Below the pieces are notes generated by a model, which did no database searches, was not told the DNA's origin, and worked only from the letters and a program-made list of their open reading frames with translations. From positions 124,001 to 188,000 of the IMG/VR virus record IMGVR_UViG_3300033143_006101: a stretch of DNA of 64,000 nucleotides, one strand, 5' to 3'. Made by a program: the position numbers and the translations under genes. Of this stretch, positions 7,919 through 17,410 are shown in pieces (positions within the stretch are counted from its first letter, which is position 1; each line of letters starts with the position of its first letter).

Positions 7919-9319
7919 ATGATTATAGGAAAAGGTTCAAAAAACATAACATTATTTACCCAAATGGCTAATCGCCATGGGATTGTTTCAGGAGCAACAG
8001 GAACTGGGAAAACAGTCTCACTGCAAGTAATTACAGAACAATTTAGCAAAGCTGGAGTACCAGTCTTCTTAGTTGATGTAAAAGGAGACTTGGCCGGTAT
8101 AGCTAAAAGGGGGCAACTACAAGATAAAGTTAAAGAAAGAGTACAAGAACTCGAGATGACAACATTTAAAACTGAGGCGTGCCCGGTTATATTCTGGGAC
8201 ATGTTTGGAGATAATGGTCATCCAATCAGAGCATCTATTTCTGATATGGGATCATTATTGCTAGGCAGACTGTTAAGTTTGAGCCCAACCCAAGTAGGAA
8301 CACTTACACAAATATTTAAAATAGCAGAAGATTATGATTTGCCTTTGATAAAGTTGAGAGATCTTCAATCAGTAGCACAATACGTTGAACTCTTTGCAAA
8401 GGATTTTGCAGAAGAATATGGAAAAATATCAACAGCAAGTATTGGTGCAATCTTAAGAGGATTGCTAGTACTGGAAACTGAAGAGGTTAATAAACTCTTT
8501 GGAGAACCCAAACTTAGGATACTTGATCTGATGAGAATGAAAGATGGTAGAGGAATAGTAAATATCCTCTCAGCAGAAAAACTTATTACTAAACCAAAAG
8601 TATATACGACCTTCTTACTGTGGTTGTTATCAGAATTGTATACTAAATTACCTGAAGTGGGAGACAGAGAAAAACCTCAATTAGTGTTCTTCTTTGATGA
8701 AGCACACCTTCTCTTTGAGGACGCACCTAAAGTACTACTTGAAAAAGTAGAACAAGTTATTAGACTGATAAGGTCTAAAGGTGTTGGTATATTCTTTGTT
8801 ACCCAAAGTCCAGCAGATATTCCTACGAATGTCTTAGGACAACTTGGTAATAGAGTACAGCATGCTCTAAGAGCTTATACTCCTAAAGATTCTAAAGCAG
8901 TAAGAATAATGGCACAGACATTTAGAAGTAATCCTAAAATAAATGTCGAGCAAGCTATTACTCAACTGAAAGTAGGAGAAGCTCTAGTATCATTATTAGA
9001 TGAAAATGGTACACCTGAAATTGTTGAACGAGTTTTGATGCATCCACCATCAAGTCAAATAGGTCCAATTAGTAATGAAGAAAGAGCACAACTAATGAAG
9101 TGCTCCCCTTTGCATGAAGTATATGAAAGAGAGATCAATGCTAAAGCAGCATATCACATTATTAAAAACATACGCGAAGAGCAAAAGAGAGAAACACAAT
9201 TAAAACCGAAAACCAGAAAAGGGAAGCAACCAGAAAATCTAATGGAAACAGTAATGAATACCTTTGCAAAATCAAACAGTTCATCACTAGGAAGTAAGAT
9301 CTTTAAGTTGTTAAAATGA
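7919..9319 (+). CDS. HerA/FtsK-like ATPase, DUF853 (YjgR-like)
   Basis: ANRHGIVSGATGTGKT, DVKGDL, FFDEAHLLF, RLIRSKGVG, LGNRVQHALRA; start at ATG after GGAGG. Confidence 0.92.
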   Translation: MIIGKGSKNITLFTQMANRHGIVSGATGTGKTVSLQVITEQFSKAGVPVFLVDVKGDLAGIAKRGQLQDKVKERVQELEMTTFKTEACPVIFWDMFGDNGHPIRASISDMGSLLLGRLLSLSPTQVGTLTQIFKIAEDYDLPLIKLRDLQSVAQYVELFAKDFAEEYGKISTASIGAILRGLLVLETEEVNKLFGEPKLRILDLMRMKDGRGIVNILSAEKLITKPKVYTTFLLWLLSELYTKLPEVGDREKPQLVFFFDEAHLLFEDAPKVLLEKVEQVIRLIRSKGVGIFFVTQSPADIPTNVLGQLGNRVQHALRAYTPKDSKAVRIMAQTFRSNPKINVEQAITQLKVGEALVSLLDENGTPEIVERVLMHPPSSQIGPISNEERAQLMKCSPLHEVYEREINAKAAYHIIKNIREEQKRETQLKPKTRKGKQPENLMETVMNTFAKSNSSSLGSKIFKLLK

Positions 9320-9320
9320 A

Positions 9321-9512
9321 ATGTCAAAGACAAAAAATAAGTTAAACAAATTTACATTTATATGCAAGAAATGTAATCTTAAAGTTTACATTCACACTGA
9401 TTATAAGAAAGAAGAAGTAAAACCTAAAGAGTGTTCCGCTTGTGGAGGGAAACGGTTTAAAGAGCCTAGAAAAAAACAAGCTGATGCCAGCCCCGAAGAG
9501 GGGCAGGCATGA
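9321..9512 (+). CDS. small zinc-ribbon protein
   Basis: CKKC...CSACGG. Confidence 0.55.
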   Translation: MSKTKNKLNKFTFICKKCNLKVYIHTDYKKEEVKPKECSACGGKRFKEPRKKQADASPEEGQA

Positions 9513-9533
9513 GTTTATTTTAAAGGAGGCAAA

Positions 9534-9653
9534 ATGAAAAAATGGATTAAAAAAGAAAACATCAACAAATTAGTTCAAAAATACAATGTTAGCTATAATT
9601 GTATTTATAGAATAAAAAAGGGGGAAAGATGGAAACACCTATTAAACCAATAA
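9534..9653 (+). pseudogene. 39-aa remnant resembling the C-terminal HTH of HNH homing endonucleases
   Basis: KYNVSYNCIYRIKKGERWKH resembles KYGVTYRNIYDIKNGKIWKH at the end of the HNH at 35891. Confidence 0.5.
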
Positions 9654-10234
9654 AAAAATATAATATTATTTACGCTGACTGTCCATGGAAATTTAATAAT
9701 AAGAATACTGGAGGTAGCATGACATCAGGTTCTGCTAATCAATACAATGTATTATCTGTAGAAGAATTATGTAAATTACCTATAGAAAAAATAATAGCTG
9801 ACGACTCTATCTTATTTTCTTGGTGGGTAGGAAGTATGGTAGAGGAAGCCATCACAGTAGCCAGAGCTTGGGGATTTAAACTTAAAACTATGTCTGGATT
9901 TACTTGGGTCAAGAAAACAAAGAACTGGAAAGACTGGTTCGGTATGGGATTCTGGACACGACAGGGAACAGAAAATATATTGATAGCTACCAGAGGACAG
10001 CCAGTACGACGAGCCGCTAATGTTCGACAAGTACAACCACTGGAATCATTTAATGAATCTGTTGAGGCTCGTAACAAAGGGCATTCAATCAAACCAGATT
10101 TATTTAGAGATAAAATTGTAGAACTATGCGGTGATTTACCCCGCATTGAATTATTTGCGAGGGAATCGAACCCTGGATGGGATGTCTGGGGTAAAGAAGT
10201 GCAATCTTCTATTGATTTTTCTAAGTTAATGTAG
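9629..10234 (+). CDS. MT-A70 family adenine methyltransferase
   Basis: IIYADCPW (DPPW variant), AWGF, FTWVK, GMGFWTR, HSIKP, RIELFAR, GWDVWG. Confidence 0.9.
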   Translation: METPIKPIKKYNIIYADCPWKFNNKNTGGSMTSGSANQYNVLSVEELCKLPIEKIIADDSILFSWWVGSMVEEAITVARAWGFKLKTMSGFTWVKKTKNWKDWFGMGFWTRQGTENILIATRGQPVRRAANVRQVQPLESFNESVEARNKGHSIKPDLFRDKIVELCGDLPRIELFARESNPGWDVWGKEVQSSIDFSKLM

Positions 10235-10285
10235 TATCCGTATGTTATTTTAGCTAAACCCCAAAATCATAGCTAAAAGCTGGAT

Positions 10286-10322
10286 CAGTCGGGTCCCGCA
10301 CACCGGACCCGGCTGTATTTTT
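10286..10322 (+). terminator. probable intrinsic terminator
   Basis: GC-rich stem cagtcgggtcc/ggacccggctg followed by T-rich tract. Confidence 0.6.
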
Positions 10323-10330
10323 AATTTACT

Positions 10331-10522
10331 ATGGAGGTTAGAATGGAAACCACAAAAATTCGAGTAGCAGTAAACAAAGACAAATATAATAGGTATAAAC
10401 AACTTGTTAAGGTGAAAAAAAATGAAGATATAACATTTTATAACATAGATCTTTTTGAAAAAGCTATGTCTGAAGAAATTGAACAGCTAAAACAACTTCC
10501 GGATAAAAGGAGGACAGTATGA
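10331..10522 (+). CDS. hypothetical protein
   Basis: ORF; probable start at METTK after GGAGG. Confidence 0.55.
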   Translation: MEVRMETTKIRVAVNKDKYNRYKQLVKVKKNEDITFYNIDLFEKAMSEEIEQLKQLPDKRRTV

Positions 10523-11064
10523 GTGAAGTACACATTGATCATACTAAACAAAGCTTGATAGAATCAATGCATCTTAAAGAAGAGGATTACAAGACAGTAA
10601 TGGACTGTATTGGTACATTACATGAAAGTAAACCTCTACCTGATATGATTACAGATTTAGAAAGTAAGAAAATAGAAAAAGTGAATTATTATGTGTCTAT
10701 TTATACATTTACTATGATGCAAACAGCAGCACAAAAATCATTCGCTAAATTCGCCACAAATGCAATCGATACGGAAAAGACAACTGACGAACAGGATATC
10801 AGGGATGCATTGTCAATATTATTAGGATTCGTACAGAATAACGATGTAACCTCAGACGTTACAAAGATTTCAATGTTATTGATTCCAATAATAGTAATGG
10901 CAGCAACAAAGATTATACCACTATCACTTTGTATAGAAACATTAGTACAAGCCCTTGAATTTAATAATATATCTTTAACAGATATATTCAAAGGCACTGC
11001 TGCATTAGGAGAGTTTATCGATCCAATCCTATTTAAAGGAGTAATGGAGCAGGGAGAACATTAA
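10519..11064 (+). CDS. hypothetical protein
   Basis: ORF with AGGAGG RBS. Confidence 0.65.
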   Translation: MSEVHIDHTKQSLIESMHLKEEDYKTVMDCIGTLHESKPLPDMITDLESKKIEKVNYYVSIYTFTMMQTAAQKSFAKFATNAIDTEKTTDEQDIRDALSILLGFVQNNDVTSDVTKISMLLIPIIVMAATKIIPLSLCIETLVQALEFNNISLTDIFKGTAALGEFIDPILFKGVMEQGEH

Positions 11065-11252
11065 CAGGAGGTTTTATGAGAATAGAATATCATAAACCAA
11101 ACACATATGAAAGGAGGAGGAGAGCGAACTTCTGGTTAAGTACAGGAAGTTTTCTTGCTTCAACCGCAGTTTCATATTTAGTATTATTAGTTGGTCTTGC
11201 TATTGCAACTATAACATTAGTTATAATTCTAGCTAACAAATAGGAGGTAAGC

Positions 11253-11486
11253 ATGAACAAAGAAAGAGACGAGTACATTAAAAATATTGGTTCATCTTAT
11301 AGACAAGACACAATTAACATGGCACAACAAGATAGTCAAAACGATTACTGGTATGAAGTTGGTACAACTGTACCTCATGTAACAGTTGGTGCTATCATAG
11401 GTAGCATCATTGGATTCTCATTAGTTATGTATTTTTTGGCATGGCCATTGTTTAAAGCATTCTTTGGCCCAGCTTTTGGATTCTAA
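11253..11486 (+). CDS. small membrane protein
   Basis: hydrophobic C-terminal helix; AGGAGG RBS. Confidence 0.6.
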   Translation: MNKERDEYIKNIGSSYRQDTINMAQQDSQNDYWYEVGTTVPHVTVGAIIGSIIGFSLVMYFLAWPLFKAFFGPAFGF

Positions 11487-11496
11487 GGAGGATAAC

Positions 11497-11805
11497 ATGA
11501 GCATAAAGAAACTTACTACCAACTTTGCTAGTTTTGCAACCAGAATTCTTGGTTTCAGTATGATATGGGTATTCTTCGCCAGGTTATTTAGAAGAACACC
11601 TAAACCAGTTAGTCAAGTAAATACAGAAGAAGAAAAGGATACATTATTTATAGAAATGAATAATTATTATAAGGTGCATGGTATGTATTGTCCCAATTGC
11701 GGGGCAAACGTACCAATAGCATCAATTTGTGGTAATTGTGGTAAACCAATACAACAAACTAAGCCCAAGAAACTTTTACCGGGCACAACAGTGAGAAGGT
11801 ATTGA
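11497..11805 (+). CDS. membrane-anchored zinc-ribbon protein
   Basis: N-terminal hydrophobic segment; CPNCG...CGNCG. Confidence 0.6.
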   Translation: MSIKKLTTNFASFATRILGFSMIWVFFARLFRRTPKPVSQVNTEEEKDTLFIEMNNYYKVHGMYCPNCGANVPIASICGNCGKPIQQTKPKKLLPGTTVRRY

Positions 11806-11849
11806 AAAAATACCTTCTCACTCAATTTTTTTGTTAAAGAATGCATGTT

Positions 11850-11923
11850 TTCTCCTATATATTATATATAGACTTAATTATATAATATAATATATAGACT
11901 TAATTATATAATATATAGGAGAA
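11850..11923. repeat. 26-bp tandem duplication overlapped by a 19-bp inverted repeat
   Basis: atatatagacttaattatataatata x2 (11864-11915); arms 11850-11868 and 11905-11923. Confidence 0.85.
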
Positions 11924-11925
11924 GT

Positions 11926-12309
11926 ATGATGAAAAAATGGATTTATTTAACTATTGGAATCTTATTTTTGATATCAGTAGGAGGCAACATAGTTTTTATT
12001 ATGGGCAAAGGGATACATGTACATAATAATTACCATCAAGAACAATATCAGAATCAAAGTCAAACACAACTTGTTATTTCTCTATTTGCTGAACGAGGTT
12101 ATATGAAACAAATAACTAAGCGAATAGAAAGAACTAAAGTAACTTCATTCTGTAAAACATTAACTGCTTTTGAATATATGTTTAAAGATTTCTTAGAAGA
12201 TACTGAAGACGATGATTTTGTATATATTTTGTATCCTAAAATAGTTACTAATCCTGATGTCATGGATCCAAAAAGTGATTATAAACCAATAAAAAGAATA
12301 CGAAGATAA
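11926..12309 (+). CDS. membrane/secreted hypothetical protein
   Basis: N-terminal signal or TM segment. Confidence 0.6.
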   Translation: MMKKWIYLTIGILFLISVGGNIVFIMGKGIHVHNNYHQEQYQNQSQTQLVISLFAERGYMKQITKRIERTKVTSFCKTLTAFEYMFKDFLEDTEDDDFVYILYPKIVTNPDVMDPKSDYKPIKRIRR

Positions 12310-12516
12310 TAGGAGGTGCTAGTTATGCCAACATGTTTGCCAATATTTTTCATAGGAATGCTTGTAGGATTGATTATAGGCTATGTGTTAAAGCACATAG
12401 AAGTAAGCAGAAAAAAGGCAAAGTTTTATGATGGCACTGGAAAGTCCATGCCTATGTAATTTACCTTAAAGTTCTTCCAGTAACAACTATCATTTAAGAA
12501 ATAGTGGGGTGTTGAT

Positions 12517-13119
12517 ATGATATTTACTATCGTTCTTAGATACGTTAGACTAAGTATGTTTTGGTTAACATTATTATACATACCCATGTTTAGTATTGCC
12601 GCAAACTATCCTGAGTATGAGTATGAACAATCTTATAAAATACTCAAAACACAATACCCATGGTTGACTTTACCTTTCTATTATAAGATATGTCTTATGG
12701 CACCATACTATAAATTAGACCCCGCACTCTGCTGCTCTTTAATTCATTCCGAATCTTACCACAGGATATATAGACCTATACTTAAACAAATGAAATGGGC
12801 TGTTTCTAAGTCAGGAGCTATGAGTTATTGGCAAGTGATGCCTGTTCATTACCCAAAAGATCCTAAAGCATTACTTCGTGATACCACTCTAAATTTTCAT
12901 AAAGGGATGGGCTATCTCAGAAAATGTATTTCCTTTTCAAAAGGAGATTTACGAGAATCTTTACGAAGATATAACCAAGGGATCCATGGTAGAAGAAATA
13001 AATATCTTGGATGGAATACTTATGTAAAACCAATTTTAAGGAGATACACATACTCATTATCGATGATAAATAAACCAAAACCAGAGTCAGGACCAGTAGT
13101 ATTTGCAGCAGTAAATTAA
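12517..13119 (+). CDS. lytic transglycosylase (SLT domain)
   Basis: LIHSES (catalytic Glu), SKSGAMSYWQVMP, LRRYNQG; N-terminal hydrophobic anchor. Confidence 0.85.
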   Translation: MIFTIVLRYVRLSMFWLTLLYIPMFSIAANYPEYEYEQSYKILKTQYPWLTLPFYYKICLMAPYYKLDPALCCSLIHSESYHRIYRPILKQMKWAVSKSGAMSYWQVMPVHYPKDPKALLRDTTLNFHKGMGYLRKCISFSKGDLRESLRRYNQGIHGRRNKYLGWNTYVKPILRRYTYSLSMINKPKPESGPVVFAAVN

Positions 13120-13173
13120 ATTTATGAGATGACCTATAAAAATTTTTAAAAATCTATTTATAGGTGATGCGTA

Positions 13174-13365
13174 ATGAAATGTTCTCGTTGTTTTGAGTTA
13201 AAAAGAAAAGTAAAAAGGTTAGAGGAAGACTTGGAAGAAACCATAAAAAAGTTAAATGGTTATATCCATATCAATAATTATAAAATATTAGAATTACGGG
13301 GAGCTAACTCCGAAATCAAATATTTACAAGATGTAATTAAAAGATTGGAAAAGAAGAAGAAATAA
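13174..13365 (+). CDS. small coiled-coil protein
   Basis: ORF track; heptad-rich. Confidence 0.45.
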   Translation: MKCSRCFELKRKVKRLEEDLEETIKKLNGYIHINNYKILELRGANSEIKYLQDVIKRLEKKKK

Positions 13366-16300
13366 TTACATCTTTCTTTTATTTAGATTAGGTAACACAT
13401 TCTTTCTAACAACTATCGTTTCTCCAAAGACACCTTCTCCACTTATAGACATACCACCGAGAGGAGCCTGCCCCCATATTGCACCATGAGGATTATGCTC
13501 TGCTTGTTGCATTACTTCATACGCAGAAGCAATAGATTTTATTGTAGGTAATGAAATTTTGTGCGGTAGAATATGCTGCCCATGTACAGTCTGTCGTATA
13601 TAATCTTCATAACAAAACCAACACACACGACATACAGCATCAGCATAGTCTTTAGAACCTTGTGGTGGGTGATCCAATCTCTTTCCTTTTATTAACGTCA
13701 ATTGTTTTAACTCATGTATCAATGTTTCATAATCAGGGCATTGCTTGGGCAATTCTATTTGCCCTTGATATATAAGTTGTTTTAAAACCTCATACATTTC
13801 TAAATTAGCCCCAACTTGTTCTACATAAATACCCTCAGAAAAAAGTCTTTGTATAGACTCTACACTACTCCATCTATCATATCCAACTTTCCCTACATTA
13901 AAATTATCACATATTAATTTAATAACTTCTTCTACATTACTAAAAGATACCGTTATTCTATTCTCTGGATCCGGAGCCCATCCAGTTATAAGATCTATTA
14001 CAACTTTTAATCTTACAGATTCTTTATCTACCCCATCCTTTTCTCCTACTTTAACAGGAGATTCTTCTATATGTCCCATAGCTAACGTAAAATGGTCACG
14101 TTTCTCGCCCTGGTCCACACAAACATAATATTTATTTATCTGATCCTGTGCTAAAGGCAGTGCTTTCTTACCTATATAAATCCTAAATACTATACCTTCA
14201 TCAGTCTGCAGTTGTTCTTCGATCATTTTCTCTGAGAAAAGAACTAATGCATCTCCTTCTGTTAGTACCTTATCTATTCTTTCAGGAAATTCAAAGAAAG
14301 GATTGATTGTTGCCGGAGGTATAGCTAAATAGTCACGTCGATATGTCTCGGGATTTTGTATTCTTTCACTTTCAAAGTCTTCTCCCTCAATAAAACCACT
14401 AGGATTAGCTTCTGTTTTAGGACTCAACTCAAAAGTAGTTGCATGCATACCATATAAATTAGGTACCTTTCTATCCATCTTTTCACGCATAGCACCTACT
14501 ACTACAGACTGTGCTCCTACGTAACAGGTACCAGACATGGCTAATAGTTGCATAGTATAATCGTCTTCAAACATGGGAGAGGAAATAACTACTATCTTAC
14601 TTACTTTCTTAAGGTTAGATACTGATCTAGATACAGTGGAATAAACCGCATTAGCAGAACGAGTCTGAGACTTGGCAGCAACAGCTCCTTCTACTACATC
14701 AAAACGACTAAGCTCATCCAATACTACACAATAACTTGTCTTACCAGCCAACGCAGAAGAGTTAGAGTGCAGGGATAACATAGCCAATCGTCTTTCCGGA
14801 AATTCCACAGCTTGTTTAAGCCTTTGGAATAGTGTATGCTTTCCCTCATTGGCTTCTCTCTCTTTTAAGTACGCGAAATACTTTACCCACCAATTCTTCT
14901 TATCAATAATACTTTCTATATGAGCAAATACAGTTTCTTTAGCCTGGATTTCAGAAGAGGCTATACATTGTCCAGTTAATCTTGATGGCTCTAAACCAAA
15001 TTCTACTGCCGGATCCGGGAACTGTAACATATACTGTGTCATATATGTCATAATTACAGCTGCAATATAAGAATTGTGTGTTACTGTACCATCAGCTAAA
15101 CAAAATAAATTATCTTTATCTACTCCAATCCCCGCATATTCTCCCTCACCAATCGATTCTACTTTAATAGAAGATAAATAATTTTCCCTATTGGACTGTT
15201 TCCCATTGTGTATATACTGTTTATATTTAATCTTGCAAGGTATCTCCCATACATCTCCATATATTGAGATTCTCCATGTAGTTCCCTCATAACCTTCAAC
15301 TTGACATGTTGTTTTCTTTTTCTGTATATGAGTTCTATATCCAAGTGTATCAGCTAATCTTTTCACATCATTAGCTAATTGTTCATTAGATAATGCTATA
15401 TCATAACCATGCCTATCAGCTCGATGATGCCCATCAGTATCTATAATTCCTGCCAATACCTCCAATCTAATTTCCTTACTATTTGAAATATAACATTGGG
15501 GAATATGTTTATTACTAACAAGACTTAATTTTTTAAACTCTTCCCACAAGGGGTTTAATAACCCAGAAGTTTTACATAAACGATAATTAGCAGATTTATT
15601 ATTTCTTTTATCTGATATGGAAAGCTTTAAGTTATTCTTAGCACAATAATCTTCTAACCACTGCACTATTTCAATATCCGCTGATGTAATAATGGGTTGT
15701 TTAGAAAAACCATCTCCAAGCCAAACTCCTATCAAATAAGGATCAATAGGAACAGGTTGTTCTGAAAAAGTAATTAATCCAGCTTTATATCCTCTAAAAA
15801 AATATTTCCACTTATCCGATTTCTTTAAATAATCTTTTATAGAAATATTAACAACATCAGGCTCATTCGGATATCTTCCATTTGGTTGTCGATTAGACCT
15901 ATCATCTCTAGCAGACTGAGTTTTTTTTAGTGAAAGAATATGATATTCGTTTACTGTATAATTATCTGCTTGAGATTGATGTATCTCAAACAATTCAGAT
16001 GCCCCCCGCGAAGTTTCTAACACAGTCCGTGAAATAGAATCTGGACCCATAACCAAATCACCTACTTTAATATCTTTAGCCTTTTTTAATGTCCCATCAA
16101 ACATTAAAATATTCTGGTCAATTTGGACACATTTACCTCCACGCATACCGGCACACAGAACACCCTGATCAAACTTATTCTTATCTCCTACTTTAGAAAA
16201 TAACTCCTCTAAAAACTTTCTTTGCAGAGCTCGTAGTTTAATCCCTAAATATTCTTTGGATTCAGCATACTCAATGATGTCAGCTGTATGCTTTACTGGG

Positions 16301-16407
16301 CATTTCACTATCTTTTTAGCAAAATAAGGAGTTTCTATAGTAGAATGTGCTGTGTCTTGTGGGATATAATTAGAATTTAATAATTTATCACCTAAACCCA
16401 TAATCAC
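13366..16407 (-). CDS. terL: terminase large subunit, intein-containing
   Basis: Walker A GMRGGK|S split by intein; Walker B VVLDE; C-terminal nuclease 'CVDQG...D', 'YDRW', 'DHPPQGSKDYADA'. Confidence 0.88.
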   Translation of the reverse strand: MIMGLGDKLLNSNYIPQDTAHSTIETPYFAKKIVKCPVKHTADIIEYAESKEYLGIKLRALQRKFLEELFSKVGDKNKFDQGVLCAGMRGGKCVQIDQNILMFDGTLKKAKDIKVGDLVMGPDSISRTVLETSRGASELFEIHQSQADNYTVNEYHILSLKKTQSARDDRSNRQPNGRYPNEPDVVNISIKDYLKKSDKWKYFFRGYKAGLITFSEQPVPIDPYLIGVWLGDGFSKQPIITSADIEIVQWLEDYCAKNNLKLSISDKRNNKSANYRLCKTSGLLNPLWEEFKKLSLVSNKHIPQCYISNSKEIRLEVLAGIIDTDGHHRADRHGYDIALSNEQLANDVKRLADTLGYRTHIQKKKTTCQVEGYEGTTWRISIYGDVWEIPCKIKYKQYIHNGKQSNRENYLSSIKVESIGEGEYAGIGVDKDNLFCLADGTVTHNSYIAAVIMTYMTQYMLQFPDPAVEFGLEPSRLTGQCIASSEIQAKETVFAHIESIIDKKNWWVKYFAYLKEREANEGKHTLFQRLKQAVEFPERRLAMLSLHSNSSALAGKTSYCVVLDELSRFDVVEGAVAAKSQTRSANAVYSTVSRSVSNLKKVSKIVVISSPMFEDDYTMQLLAMSGTCYVGAQSVVVGAMREKMDRKVPNLYGMHATTFELSPKTEANPSGFIEGEDFESERIQNPETYRRDYLAIPPATINPFFEFPERIDKVLTEGDALVLFSEKMIEEQLQTDEGIVFRIYIGKKALPLAQDQINKYYVCVDQGEKRDHFTLAMGHIEESPVKVGEKDGVDKESVRLKVVIDLITGWAPDPENRITVSFSNVEEVIKLICDNFNVGKVGYDRWSSVESIQRLFSEGIYVEQVGANLEMYEVLKQLIYQGQIELPKQCPDYETLIHELKQLTLIKGKRLDHPPQGSKDYADAVCRVCWFCYEDYIRQTVHGQHILPHKISLPTIKSIASAYEVMQQAEHNPHGAIWGQAPLGGMSISGEGVFGETIVVRKNVLPNLNKRKM
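15073..16131 (-). mobile_element. intein (353 aa) with LAGLIDADG homing endonuclease
   Basis: starts CVQIDQ, ends VTHN followed by Ser; 'GVWLGDG' and 'LAGIIDTDG' blocks. Confidence 0.95.
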
Positions 16408-16627
16408 CTCATATCATTTAGTATTTAAACAATAGGAGATAACGGATGAAATTTAAGGTGTTTTAATATCCACAGGGATACCTAATTCTACATCAAATTC
16501 CCCGGCCAGGAACTTCTCAGCAACCAAATTAAACAAATCTTGTATAGTTACATCATAATATTTTGCCCTATTAATTAATTTATAATGCACATGTGCAGGG
16601 AGCATTGCTTGTACATGTTTTAAATGT

Positions 16628-17383
16628 CTATTTTCTTCCATAATTATATGACACAACTCTCCCTGTACTTGATAGTACATATTCTGAGAACATATTCTCA
16701 TGAAAAAAATACTTCAATTCTTTTTTAATCTTGTTTATGATCTCATAAACTGCATGATATGTTATACCCAATTCTTTACTCAAAGCTGAACATGTAGTGG
16801 ACCCAAGAAATACCTTCAAGCAAACCTCTTTAACTGTAGAACTCCTTGAACTCTTCTCAGATCTCTCCAAGATATAATTGATATATTCATTTTCTAATAT
16901 CTTAGAATCATAATAATCATATACCTTATTTGTCTCATCTAAATCTGGATGAGATAAAGAAGTTTCAATTACCTTGATGTCTACTGGTAAAAAATTGTCT
17001 GACATTACTTTTTCTACCCAGACATACATATGTTGTGGGAGTAATAACTTCATGAAGTAAGAAAAAGATGCAATGTTTTTATCATATCTATATAATAATG
17101 TAAGAAACATTAAATAAGTTTCTTGTAATACATCATTAAATTCCATCCTTTTTTCTACAAAAGGATAATACTTTCCTGCAACTTTCTTTACATACGGTTC
17201 ATACACCTTGACTAAAAAAGCTATAGCATCTTTCGATGGTGTATCCGTTCCCTTCCTTCTTTGTGCGACACTAACCGCTTGCTGTATAATCTTGTATAAC
17301 CTACGTGTTTCTTCTACACTCCTGTTTCCAAAATTGCGACTCAAAACCAATGCTTCCTTATACTTTGATCTCATGAGTCGCAA
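16628..17383 (-). CDS. sigma-70-like RNA polymerase sigma factor
   Basis: region 2 'FNDVLQETYLMFL...YDKNIASFSYF'; C-terminal HTH 'LSKELGITYHAVY'. Confidence 0.75.
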   Translation of the reverse strand: MRLMRSKYKEALVLSRNFGNRSVEETRRLYKIIQQAVSVAQRRKGTDTPSKDAIAFLVKVYEPYVKKVAGKYYPFVEKRMEFNDVLQETYLMFLTLLYRYDKNIASFSYFMKLLLPQHMYVWVEKVMSDNFLPVDIKVIETSLSHPDLDETNKVYDYYDSKILENEYINYILERSEKSSRSSTVKEVCLKVFLGSTTCSALSKELGITYHAVYEIINKIKKELKYFFHENMFSEYVLSSTGRVVSYNYGRK

Positions 17384-17410
17384 CCTCCTTATAAAATTAT
17401 TAATTTTTTT

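Noticed and set aside
10277-10289. 13-nt match (aagctggatcagt) to Y2 at 47970-47982, suggesting an antisense target
   Set aside because: About one such match is expected by chance for this amount of RNA against a 64-kb window
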